Shown piece after piece: positions 1-10,100 of a DNA stretch of 64,000 bases. Numbering within the stretch: the first letter of the stretch is position 1; each line of letters starts with the position of its first letter. Source of the stretch: Trypanosoma brucei (lineage: Eukaryota); assembly GCA_000002445.1 (NCBI GenBank), contig CM000208.1, forward strand, positions 1,824,001 through 1,888,000, read 5' to 3'. The position numbers and the translations under genes are program-made. A model generated the notes under the pieces. The model did no database searches, was not told the origin of the DNA, and saw only the letters and a program-made list of their open reading frames with translations.

Positions 1-131
1 AGAGAATTCAGTGGGTGCCGTAGTCACATCGGTGAGTTAAACGCATGTCATCTCACGCCGCTTTGGTGGTGCCACTCCTATCCCAACATGAATTCAACAT
101 GCGTACGAAGCACACCGCGTAGCAGACGTTT

Positions 132-158
132 GGGTTAGGGTTAGGGTTAGGGTTAGGG
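132..158 (+). repeat. Interstitial telomere-type repeat, TGGG(TTAGGG)4
   Basis: Direct read of the sequence: gggttagggttagggttagggttagggg. G-strand is on the + strand, yet the block sits at the left end with unique sequence to its right, so it is interstitial rather than a chromosome end. Confidence 0.9.
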
Positions 159-1108
159 GACAGAAACTCATCAGAATATTACTAAATAGGAGGATCTGTA
201 TCCATATGAACACATATATTCGTGTAAAAATGGAAAGGGTAAGAGGAGGGGAATAAATTAAGTGGTTATCGCAATCACGAAGGAAAGGCGGGCTCAGCTG
301 AAAATAATCTCGGGTTGATGTACTAAGCAACCGCCAGTATTGTAAGGTAACAAGCGGTACCGGAAATACAACCCTTGTCTGCCATTACCACCACCGCAAC
401 CGTAAAGAACGGCACCTATACACACATGCCCAACCACGCGTATTCACATATACAGATGCGTACGGTTAAAGGGGCAATTCCGAACCCCATCGAAACAAAA
501 GGAATGTGAGGGCCGACGAATTTGTACATGGTGACTAAACATTAACCGCAGCGGCTACAATATTGCCGTCATCTGAGTTTTATTACCATAGTCCCTGTCT
601 TACCTGACACTTAAATAACTTAGCTTCACTCCCGACTTCTGAATCATCGGAGGAGACGTGTCGTTCTAAAAAACAACGATGGAGAAAAGAACGTCTAGAG
701 CTCTTGCGTTAAAGCAGGCAGAAACATTACAAGCGATCCTTTTCTAAGAAAAGTATTTTCTGGAAGTAATGTGAGAGAGTAGGTAATACAAGTTCAAGAA
801 AAGATGACAAGCACCCTCGAATATTGTCCAAGAGAAGCTTAAGGTATGTCAACAGGCGTGGATGGCGTATCTCCTTCTTTCGCACAGCAACTAACGTAGC
901 CCGGCAACCGATCGGAGGACGCAGGAGCTACCCATGTGGAAAAGAAGCGAAACGTAACAAAACAAGAAAAAGCGAAGTGCTTGGTGCAGAGTAAGAATAA
1001 AAACAAAAAATAAATGATAATCAAATGCATGTGGCCAAACAGGACGTCCACAATGTGTCAACAAATTGACATCAAACCTCCACTTCAGCGAAGAAGTACC
1101 AACATCAA

Positions 1109-3592
1109 CTAGTTTTTCTGACAGTTGTACGCCTTCCAGCACGCACCGCAGTAAAGACCATCATCCGCAGATTTGTCGGATGCCTCCCACAGATCAGTGC
1201 CCGATGCACCGCATTCGCTACACGTCCCTTGACCTGCATGATTCCCACGCCGTACAGCATTCTTCCGTTTTTTTGAACCCTTGGACTTTTTGCGCTGCAC
1301 AGTCTCAGCACATCGGGTCTCCACCACAACCGGCGACTGCACTGTGATATTTTCCTCACTACCGGAAACTAAAAGGTCGTCAAGTAAAGTGCCATTCCGT
1401 ACAATTGATGGGATGGCATCCGCAACCCTCTCTAAGATCTCCTCCCGCGTCGTGCATCCCCGCGCCCGCGCGGCGGATACAGCTTCAGCGTGCATCAGAA
1501 AATTGTCGCGATCCTCCGCGGTTCGAAAGGCCCTCCCGCGTGCCAAAAAGTACACGCCAAGTAAACCAGCAGGAATATTAGCATCGGATACGCCGAGCGG
1601 ACCCGCTACCAACAATGCGTCATCGATGCTATGCATTTTTGAGCAGAGTAGGTGCCGCCGCGGTGCTTCACAGCTCTCCACATGGTCAGGGGGTTCTCCT
1701 TCTTGATTATTTGTTACTCCTTCAGCATCATCATCCCCCTCTTTGCTTTTATTGTTGAGAGTGGAGGCCATGTCAAGTAAGGTCTCCCAATTGTGGCTTG
1801 CTTCGTAGATAGCAACACAGTCTGCGCCTGCGCTATCTATCAACAACTGCCGTAACGCCGAAACAGTCACCGGTCGCAAATTGCGTAACTCCCCCTGCAC
1901 AGAAAGCCGGGTCACGTAGGCAGGCATCGTTTCCTCTGCAAACTTCTGCTCGTCAACGAGCAGCTGCTGAGGTCTGCCTGCTACAATTGACGCCAGCGCA
2001 CGCATAAACTGCACCTTCACAAAGGAAGCTTTGTCAGGGGATAGGTGACGGCCGAGGTTAAAGTTATCTTCGTACGGATCATCAATGCACAGACGGTACC
2101 AGACGCGATCGCGAAGGGGGCCGCACTTCACTTCATTAGCCTCCACCCAGCCAAGGGAATCAGGTGTTACCGGCGGCCCCCCTCCAGGGACCCGTAGCGT
2201 CACCACAACTTTGTCCCACCGAATCCTTGTATAGTACAAAAAAAACAAGGGAATCAAACCACCAAGCGCACCCCGCAACATCGTGAGTTCTGGAGACTTT
2301 AAAACATCACTAGGCCGTTCACCACCATCCCCATCATCGCGCAAAAGGGGTAAGTACGACATTTTCTGTTGTGACAAGTCTGGAATAGGCTCCACATCAG
2401 CCGGTCTAACGAACTTTACGAGCCCGTTCTCCAACAAGAAGTGCACCCACAAAATGGACATAGCGTAGGAAGTAAGATACCCATTCTTTGCATTGTTTAT
2501 ACCATACAACTTGCTCCATTTCTTCAGAAACAAATAACCAGTCCGTACAAAAGGATCCTGTTGAAAATACTTGCGAAGAAACAAGCTATTTCTCACTCCT
2601 TGTGCTCTACAACTTAAATCGAAGTCAAGTGAAAACATTTCAGGCAATTGTGAGCCAGTCTTCCATGAAACTTCCATGTCGCGTGGTCCACACATGGCCG
2701 AATTGCAGAAGAACTTTACTGCCTTCAAACTATCCTTAAAGTGAAACGTTACCGTATCACTGTCTTTTCGCTCAACCGTAGAGCTAATGGCCGCCTCGAC
2801 TAACATGCGGGGCGGAGAAGAAAACTCCTTACTGTTCGACCACACAACGCTGTACGTGTCGTGCTCACCATGTGAACGCAGTGGGACCCGAACCTTTTGA
2901 ACACGCCGCACAACGGGGACGCGGGTCCGCACAAGGGGCTCCAGCTCTCCAAAAAAGAAACCCGCCTTCCTCAGCGCCGCGGTGAGCCGAAGTATAACTT
3001 TTTTCTCGTCCTCGGGTGGCCATTTACCCTTCTTCATATCCTGCAGACCAATTGCGGTGAAATCAGCATCACTCACCCCGTCCCAACAACCACACGACAC
3101 GCAACTTCCAAAAGGAAATAACACTAAGTTGCGAACAAAACAAGAAATGACTTGGCTCATTTGAGAGAACGCACGCTCAATTACATCGAACGTCTTCCTG
3201 CCCATGTCAAGGGTTGCCGCGCTTTCCAACACAAAATTGCCACACGAGACAATGTGTCCAGAAGGAATGCATCCATAATGGAGCAGATTATCTTTACTCG
3301 CTAGAATCTCTCTGCACCAGAGAGAGAGCGCGGCATGGTGCACCTGAAAGTGTTCTTGGATTTGCTCCTCATCCCGGCTTTCTATCATTTTTGCACAAAG
3401 GTCACAACGGACACTCTGAGAGTTCCGACTCGTCAATTTTTCTTTTATTTGTTTTGTTGCGCCGTCTCCCTCACTATGTATGAGACAACCATCCAATAAC
3501 TTCTGCTCTGCCTCCTTCCACTCTTCATGAACACCACTGCTGTACACCACACCCGGAACTACAGTCGGAGCTACAGGCACCGATGTGAACAT
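1109..3592 (-). CDS. Cid1-family nucleotidyltransferase (terminal uridylyl transferase / non-canonical poly(A) polymerase) with N-terminal C2H2 zinc finger and C-terminal GATA-like C4 zinc finger
   Basis: The ORF track entry is 1109..3778, but the first ~62 codons run through a poly-T/UTR-like tract. The start is reassigned to the Met of MFTSVPVAP (rc ATG at 3592). The protein has a C2H2 finger (CDLCAKMIESRDEEQIQEHFQVHH), a pol-beta NT motif (FPFGSCVSCGCWDGVSDADFTAIG, i.e. G-S ... D-x-D) and an RVPVVR motif. It has a PAP/OAS1-associated domain (LFLKKWSKLYGINNAKNGYLTSYAMSILWVHFLLENG). The C-terminus is CSECGASGTDLWEASDKSADDGLYCGACW (C-x2-C-x17-C-x2-C). Confidence 0.8.
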   Translation of the reverse strand: MFTSVPVAPTVVPGVVYSSGVHEEWKEAEQKLLDGCLIHSEGDGATKQIKEKLTSRNSQSVRCDLCAKMIESRDEEQIQEHFQVHHAALSLWCREILASKDNLLHYGCIPSGHIVSCGNFVLESAATLDMGRKTFDVIERAFSQMSQVISCFVRNLVLFPFGSCVSCGCWDGVSDADFTAIGLQDMKKGKWPPEDEKKVILRLTAALRKAGFFFGELEPLVRTRVPVVRRVQKVRVPLRSHGEHDTYSVVWSNSKEFSSPPRMLVEAAISSTVERKDSDTVTFHFKDSLKAVKFFCNSAMCGPRDMEVSWKTGSQLPEMFSLDFDLSCRAQGVRNSLFLRKYFQQDPFVRTGYLFLKKWSKLYGINNAKNGYLTSYAMSILWVHFLLENGLVKFVRPADVEPIPDLSQQKMSYLPLLRDDGDGGERPSDVLKSPELTMLRGALGGLIPLFFLYYTRIRWDKVVVTLRVPGGGPPVTPDSLGWVEANEVKCGPLRDRVWYRLCIDDPYEDNFNLGRHLSPDKASFVKVQFMRALASIVAGRPQQLLVDEQKFAEETMPAYVTRLSVQGELRNLRPVTVSALRQLLIDSAGADCVAIYEASHNWETLLDMASTLNNKSKEGDDDAEGVTNNQEGEPPDHVESCEAPRRHLLCSKMHSIDDALLVAGPLGVSDANIPAGLLGVYFLARGRAFRTAEDRDNFLMHAEAVSAARARGCTTREEILERVADAIPSIVRNGTLLDDLLVSGSEENITVQSPVVVETRCAETVQRKKSKGSKKRKNAVRRGNHAGQGTCSECGASGTDLWEASDKSADDGLYCGACWKAYNCQKN

Positions 3593-4516
3593 GCAAGCTA
3601 AGGTACTTCTCGACCTTTGCGTTGGGCAGCTATCACCCGACAGAGAAGAAAAAAAAATACAACGAATTATAAAAATTACTTTGATGAAAGAGCGGAAAAA
3701 AAAAAAAGAGCACGGCATGAGGCGAATTGAGGGAGCTTTCAAGAACACGTGGTATCGTTTTTTAAAAAAAAATATCATATCCTGGTAAATGGGCTATGAT
3801 ACACAATTGAGTACAGATACAAAGGTGGTACATATACCTATCTTTCCCACTTAAAATCATTTCTTCCTTGCTTGCCACCACCAAAAGGCAAAACAAAGAG
3901 GCAACAGTAAACCACCTCCATCTTATTATAATCCACTTGCCCTGTGCCCTACTCAGCACCCCTTTAGGGATCACAGCAATAAGTGGCTGCGGATCACCTC
4001 CCTTCTCATGTACAGTCACATATCACACACATATACACACATACATACATACATTTGCATAATGAGATTCAATGATGCACGATCGCACAAAACTACACGG
4101 AATAAAGGAATATCCACAGTATGGAGAAAAATTAGTAGTAAACAGTAGCAGCGCCAGAAGTGGTACCGTTAGTAGCGGTCATGGAAAAAAAAAACAAGAC
4201 CCTGGAAAATGAGAAAAGAAGGGGGAAAAAATAGGTTAAAACACTTCAGAAAAAAATAGAATGTGGAACAAAGAAACAAAATCGCGAAGGCTAAAGACAA
4301 AATAACCAGGAAAATAATAAAAGACAGGGAAACGGGAAAATGTGAGCACTGAAGTGAAAACAAAGCGCACAACAAAGGTCAACGGAAGTTGTTGTTGAAA
4401 TGCCATGCGTCCCCACTTTCCCCTTCCACCAGCTACAACCCACGCACAAACACCTCTCCATCCTCCCTCCTTCCGCACACATGGTCGATTTCGCAAAAAC
4501 AGAGGGAACTTTTCCT

Positions 4517-5212
4517 TCAAGCTGTACTTGCGATAATTTTCCTCGGTGGCACGACGGAGGCACTGCTTTTGTTTGCCTCAGCTCCCGCACCGCACGTGGG
4601 AGGAGCGTCCAGCGCTATGCACGGCCGAAGTTTCTTCCCCTTAAAACCGGTAGCGGTGTCGGCAATGAGCCCCTGATATTCACCATTGACATAAAGCTGG
4701 ACGGCGCCCTCGTCGGTATTAACAAGAAACCCGAAGCGCGCGCCTGCCGAGGGAACTAACAACCGCCATAAACTCCTGACCTCCACACCATTCACCTCAA
4801 CGGCGCATGTCAGGCAGTTAAAGAGGCAGCAATTAGCTTCGGACAGCCGGCTATTTAAAGAGCTGCTCGGCTGCGCTGCATGCAGCTCAACGTCCCCCAA
4901 GTTAACATTCGAAAGAAATGCATCTTCCGTACACACACCGACTTTGCACCTCGTATCGCTTGTTTGGATCTCATAGAAATACTTCCCATGTCCTGCGGGC
5001 ATCTCTAAACCTCCAATGGCAGGTTGATATGATCCTAAACAACCAGAATGATACACGTGTGGACCGTCTAAAGTGTACGCCGGACCAGCGCGGACCCACT
5101 CAAACGTAACGCTATTGATTGAGTCCATACCGAAATTCTCAACTACCTTTATTCCCTCCTGTAATGCACCCCACCTTTTCCCTTCGTTTCTTCGCACTTC
5201 CTCACCAACCAC
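4517..5212 (-). CDS. SPRY/B30.2-domain protein
   Basis: 231-aa ORF with SPRY-like signatures (HGKYFYEIQTSD; LYVNGEYQGLIAD). Consistent minus-strand placement in the gene array. Confidence 0.55.
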   Translation of the reverse strand: MVGEEVRRNEGKRWGALQEGIKVVENFGMDSINSVTFEWVRAGPAYTLDGPHVYHSGCLGSYQPAIGGLEMPAGHGKYFYEIQTSDTRCKVGVCTEDAFLSNVNLGDVELHAAQPSSSLNSRLSEANCCLFNCLTCAVEVNGVEVRSLWRLLVPSAGARFGFLVNTDEGAVQLYVNGEYQGLIADTATGFKGKKLRPCIALDAPPTCGAGAEANKSSASVVPPRKIIASTA

Positions 5213-5566
5213 TTAATCAAATTCAGAGAGGGTAAGCGACCAACAACCTCCACGTCTTCACTCGCGGAGACACAACGGCCTTTCAACTTTGCATTCAGAC
5301 ATGCCACAAAAAATAAGGGAGATACAGAGAGGAAAGAAGTAAGATGAATAAGTTATGTGAATGCATTTGGCAAGCATTGGATATGGGCCTGCGCGAGGGT
5401 CGACAGCAACAACAACAACGATGTCCAGCCACGTTCCTTTTCGACCATTTGGTCTTGAATTAAATAATAAATTGAAACAATAAAAACGAAAAAAAACATG
5501 AAGGAAGTGAGAAACCTAGGATACGAGACGACGAGAATACCAGGCAGCTGTCCGCCGCATCGTCAC

Positions 5567-5980
5567 TTACTTCTTCTTTGTCTGCATCTTGCCCTTCGCC
5601 TTGCCACGAATCTTCTTGTTTCGGTTGCGGCGTTCCTTCACTGACTTACGAGCCGGAAGCTTCTTCTTACCCATACCCAAGCGAGCCTTACGGTAGTTGG
5701 GCTCAATGCGCTTCATGGCAGCAAGGTCATCATAGATAAGACCGAAACCAGTCGTTTTCCCGCCACCGAATTTCGTCTTGAAGCCAAAGACGGAAATTTG
5801 GTTCTCGTCAGCGACCTTGTAGAGCGACGCGAGGCGGTTGCGAATGAGTTTCGCGGGAACAGTGCCGCACCACCCGGGGTGGTTCACCTCAACAACGAAT
5901 TGCTTGCGGTTCAGCAGTTTGTTCACCTTGAACTGCGAGGTTCGCACCGTCACCTCTGCCTTCTTCTTCTGGAAGACCAT
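5567..5980 (-). CDS. RPS24: 40S ribosomal protein S24e, copy 1
   Basis: 137 aa. [22 protein letters not shown]...[10 protein letters not shown] aligns along its whole length with eukaryotic RPS24 (human [22 protein letters not shown]...KKVRGTAKA). Confidence 0.93.
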   Translation of the reverse strand: [137 protein letters not shown]

Positions 5981-6309
5981 CGTTACCCACTACCTTGGTT
6001 GAAGACAGGCGGCCAAATGTGCGATAAAAATATTTTATGAAGAAATGGTGAAAAGCATTGGGGAAAAGAACAAGGTTGAGTAAACCGTGATATTGGGGGG
6101 AAAGGGGCTCCAACGCGGTCGCTCTGCAGGGCTTCTTACGCACCACATTGCGCACGCGTCACAGGGCTCGACAGCCCATCACGCAAAGTGCACCAAGGGG
6201 AGGGAGCTGAGCCCAACCGCAAGAATAGAAATATGATAAAATTAAAAGAAAAATATACGAAAAAAGCCTTGCATCCAAGGAGTGTATGGTCTGTCCGCCA
6301 CATCGTCAC

Positions 6310-6726
6310 TTACTTCTTCTTTGTCTGCATCTTGCCCTTCGCCTTGCCACGAATCTTCTTGTTTCGGTTGCGGCGTTCCTTCACTGACTTACGAGCCGGA
6401 AGCTTCTTCTTACCCATACCCAGGCGAGCCTTACGGTAGTTGGGCTCAATGCGCTTCATGGCAGCAAGGTCATCATAGATAAGACCGAAACCAGTCGTTT
6501 TCCCGCCACCGAATTTCGTCTTGAAGCCAAAGACGGAAATTTGGTTCTCGTCAGCGACCTTGTAGAGCGACGCGAGGCGGTTGCGAATGAGTTTCGCGGG
6601 AACAGTGCCGCACCACCCGGGGTGGTTCACCTCAACAACGAATTGCTTGCGGTTCAGCAGTTTGTTCACCTTGAACTGCGAGGTTCGCACCGTCACCTCC
6701 GCCTTCTTCTTCTGGAAGACCATCAC
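6310..6726 (-). CDS. RPS24: 40S ribosomal protein S24e, copy 2 (tandem duplicate)
   Basis: 138 aa, identical to copy 1 except for an extra N-terminal Met (the true start is probably the second ATG at 6723). The nucleotide sequence of the CDS is near-identical to 5567..5980. Confidence 0.93.
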   Translation of the reverse strand: [138 protein letters not shown]

Positions 6727-7102
6727 TGCTATCCTGAACTGGGGGAGGTTTCGGCAAACATTGAAATATCAGAGTCGATATTCAAAGGGGGATAAAATCA
6801 CAGATACATAAGAAACACCAACGATTAGTTAGCGACAATCATAATAGTTAGTAGGGCACATTACCAAAACAGAAAGAGGGGTCTAAAACAAACCGGTGGG
6901 AGAACTCGATTGAACATCGATAGTTTTCCTTGTTCGCATTCACTTCCATTTCTCTATCCATATTGTATTTCGTTTTCATAGTTCTAAACCGTCACACATT
7001 AACAATATTGTTTTTGTTTTCTACTGTTACATCTTGGTAAGCACAGACTTGTGTGCATAATCATCGGGTGGACAGTATCTGGTCCATGGTCCAACCGACA
7101 CT

Positions 7103-10100
7103 TTAGCTTCGGCGGCCCAGTAAACCAGCTCCCATATCCTGCGTAATGGTGCGCACGGCCACATCGTTAAGTAATTTCTCCACCAAGTTCAGCAATGCGC
7201 TATTATTCCACGGTGGCAGGACACCCTGATCCTTGCACGGGGTTCCTGCCGTTGTAGTGAGCCGTTGTGTGACTCCTGTAGTGGGAGGCATGGCCTCAGT
7301 TGCGCCTGCTGCGCCTGAACCGGGGTCACTTGACTTGTTCGCCCCATATGTCGATGATGGAGGATCCCTCACAAAAGAGTTGGAGGCCATAGACACCAAC
7401 TCCCTGTATTGTGGAATCTCCTCTTTGATAGTCTCGGTGAATGCATTTCGAACCGGTGGGCAGTCGACAACAGTTCGCAACAGCCCTTCAAGCATCCTTC
7501 GCACAATTCTCACATTACCTCGAGTGAAATCTTTTATTGTTTGCTTGAGCCTATCTCCCACCAAAGATGCACTCTGAGGCCGTACGTAGTTCTCGTAGAG
7601 CGGGGGAAAGTACACCTGCCGGACCGCACACTCCCCGTAGAGCCGCTGGTACTCGTCGACGGGCATAATACGCGCCTGCACCAACACCTCAAGCGAGTGG
7701 GCCAAGACAGGTCCTTCATCTGCGCGTTTTTTTAGTGGTAGAGACATCGTGTTATGATCCGCAACACCAGAATGTAGAGCAGGTGCAGCTGCCGCGGAGA
7801 GCACACGAAGGCTCTGATACTCCGGCGGGGCCTCAATTACAGAGGGCCGCTTTTTACCCATGTAGGTGGCTCGACGCTTCGTGCAGGTGGACCTCTCGAA
7901 CCGCGTTTTCGTCTGTGGTTTGACGTCGAGCAACGGATCGGTATCATCTTCTTCATCGGCCTCTTCGTCCTCAGGAGCTGCTGCCGCTTCCACATACATT
8001 GGGCTCACACTCTTGTCCTCAATCAACGTCTCGTTGACTACACGGCAGAATATCGGGGCCTCGATAATTTGGCTGAGCTTGCCGCATTGTAGCGCAAGAA
8101 CGCACCGCACGCGCTGCCCAGGTCTCACCACGCCACTGTTCGGCGACACAGAAATTGTTGAGCTCCCCGGTTCTAGCGATGTAGCCCACGAAAAGCTGTA
8201 TGAAAATGAGTTGTGCCTGTTTTCAACATAACAAATTCGGCGGTGCAGCGAGAAGCGGGGCACCGCACCAATACGCATGACGTCGATGGAAAGGGAAACT
8301 GGGCAAAGCCTTGAAGGCAGACGCAACGAGGGCGAAACGGGGATGGGCAGGAAGGCATCATTAATCGTGTTACATGCTTCCCCAGTAGACGTCTTCTTTG
8401 GATGGTATCCGACACCGCAGAATCGCATACTGTATCCCTCACCATTCACGATCTGAAGGCCAACGTCAATCGTGTAGGTACGCACCTCGAGGGGGCGGAA
8501 ATACCAATGGAGCTGGGTTGATCCGCCGGGGGGAATAACACCCTCTGGATTCATACACTGAAACACGGGAACACCGCAGTTGGCCGCACAAACCTGCTCA
8601 ACAAGATCTTCCTGTACAACGTAAGTCATCGGATGCGACGAGGTGTTCTCAATTGTTGAGCTTTGCAACGGTGGCTCGACATCGCCGAGTGCTATGGGGT
8701 GTAACTGATAAACAGGTGGATGGTGAAAGGCGAGAGCGTGAGTGTTGTCCGCCACTGTGCGCCCCTCAAGGACCAGAAGAGCCTTCTTACCCTTGTCCAG
8801 CCGAAGCAAAACGGGCAAGCAGTGCGTGCCGACACTAACATGGCGGTACGTAATGGTGATAACGGCGTGGGAGTTCACGGGGATGGTCCCCTCTCGAGGA
8901 GAAATTTCCAACAAGCGGTTAGAAAGAATTTGCTGCACATCCTCCAACTCTTCATCTTCAACGAACCACGTCTCGTTCCCACCTTCGTGATCAATCGGGT
9001 ACCAGAACCGGAACGGGGCTGCACACGATCCAGCATTCTCAACGCACAGCATAATCTCCTTATCATCATCATCCACACAACCTACGCCGACATCCATGTA
9101 AATTGGCTCAACGCCCTGTACATACTGCGGGAAGGCGAATGAGTCCCTCTCTACGTCCACGCTCTGTACAGGGGCAGCAAGCACGTTATTAATGCTATTA
9201 ATAGCTAACTGGCACCACAACTGCGAGCGGTGCTGCTGTAACGAGCGTACGTCAGTGATCTGAACAGCCGGGCGTGTACCTTTCAAGCGAACCTCGCAGT
9301 GTGGGTGCTGTTGAACCTCGTGCAGGTTTGTGGGGCAAGCAATACTACTCAAATCTACCCCCCTGCCGCCAACGAGTGTGTACAAGATACAGTCAGTCAC
9401 GCCGGCCGGAGGCCGCAACGTAACAAGTACTACAGTGTGCGAGCGGGCGGCCAATGCTCCGCACCTGTTGTTACTGAGGTGAATCATTGGGGTGTCTTCA
9501 CCCTCCCAATTCATCCTCCTTGTTTTCGTGAGCCACCTCACCTCATAGCATACTTCACACACACTGCTGTTGTATATGGTCCACTCAAATGTTTTCTCCT
9601 GTGCGGCTGGACCCTCGTGCTCAATCACCACCGGTTCAACCTCAACTACAGATTGACGACCTTCACCCATAAAGGGGCAAGAGATGATGCGCTTGCCATC
9701 ACTTAAGCTCAGCTCTCTTGGTGTGTTGTTGCAACTGCTGCTTTGTGACTCCCGTTCCCGCCCAACCAAAGGATCAACAGCTCTCCGTGTTGCGTTTGAA
9801 CTCGGCTGTGTTTCATCATGTGTCGAAATTGAGAATGTTATATGCCCCTCATACAACACAGGATCTTGGGGGCAGAAGGAAACAACCAAATTCATCCCCA
9901 TCCCTGCTTGTAGGACGCCAACCGGTGGTTCCACAAACACTACACCCTGAAGTGGCTGTGAAGGAGATGACTCGAAGCTAATCGGTACGGTTGTTGGGTT
10001 CGTGATTCTCAACGACCGCTCCGTGACGCCTGTTACGCACGCGGGGCGCATTGTAATCATAGAGCTGTCCTCTACGAGAAGCTCTGGTCTAAACCCCTCA

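Larger units (their letters stand above)
5549..6733. repeat. Tandem duplication (period about 743 bp) containing the two RPS24 genes
   Basis: 5549–5990 and 6292–6733 are near-identical, with a few synonymous differences (e.g. cccaagcgag vs cccaggcgag; cacctctgcc vs cacctccgcc). Identity breaks down within about 20 nt outside the CDS on both sides. Confidence 0.85.

Noticed and set aside
94-330. 78-aa minus-strand ORF at the window start
   Set aside because: It overlaps the TTAGGG repeat block (the translation contains LTLTLTLT from the repeat) and has no coding signal. It is an artefact of the repeats.
3593-3778. N-terminal extensions of several track ORFs (at 3593–3778, 26143–26403, 30150–30359, 35704–35859, 59805–60026 and 63900–63980)
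   Set aside because: Each extension runs through T-rich or polypyrimidine UTR-like sequence with hydrophobic nonsense translation (e.g. MIFFFKKRYHVFLK...). An internal Met that aligns with the homologues' N-termini was chosen instead.
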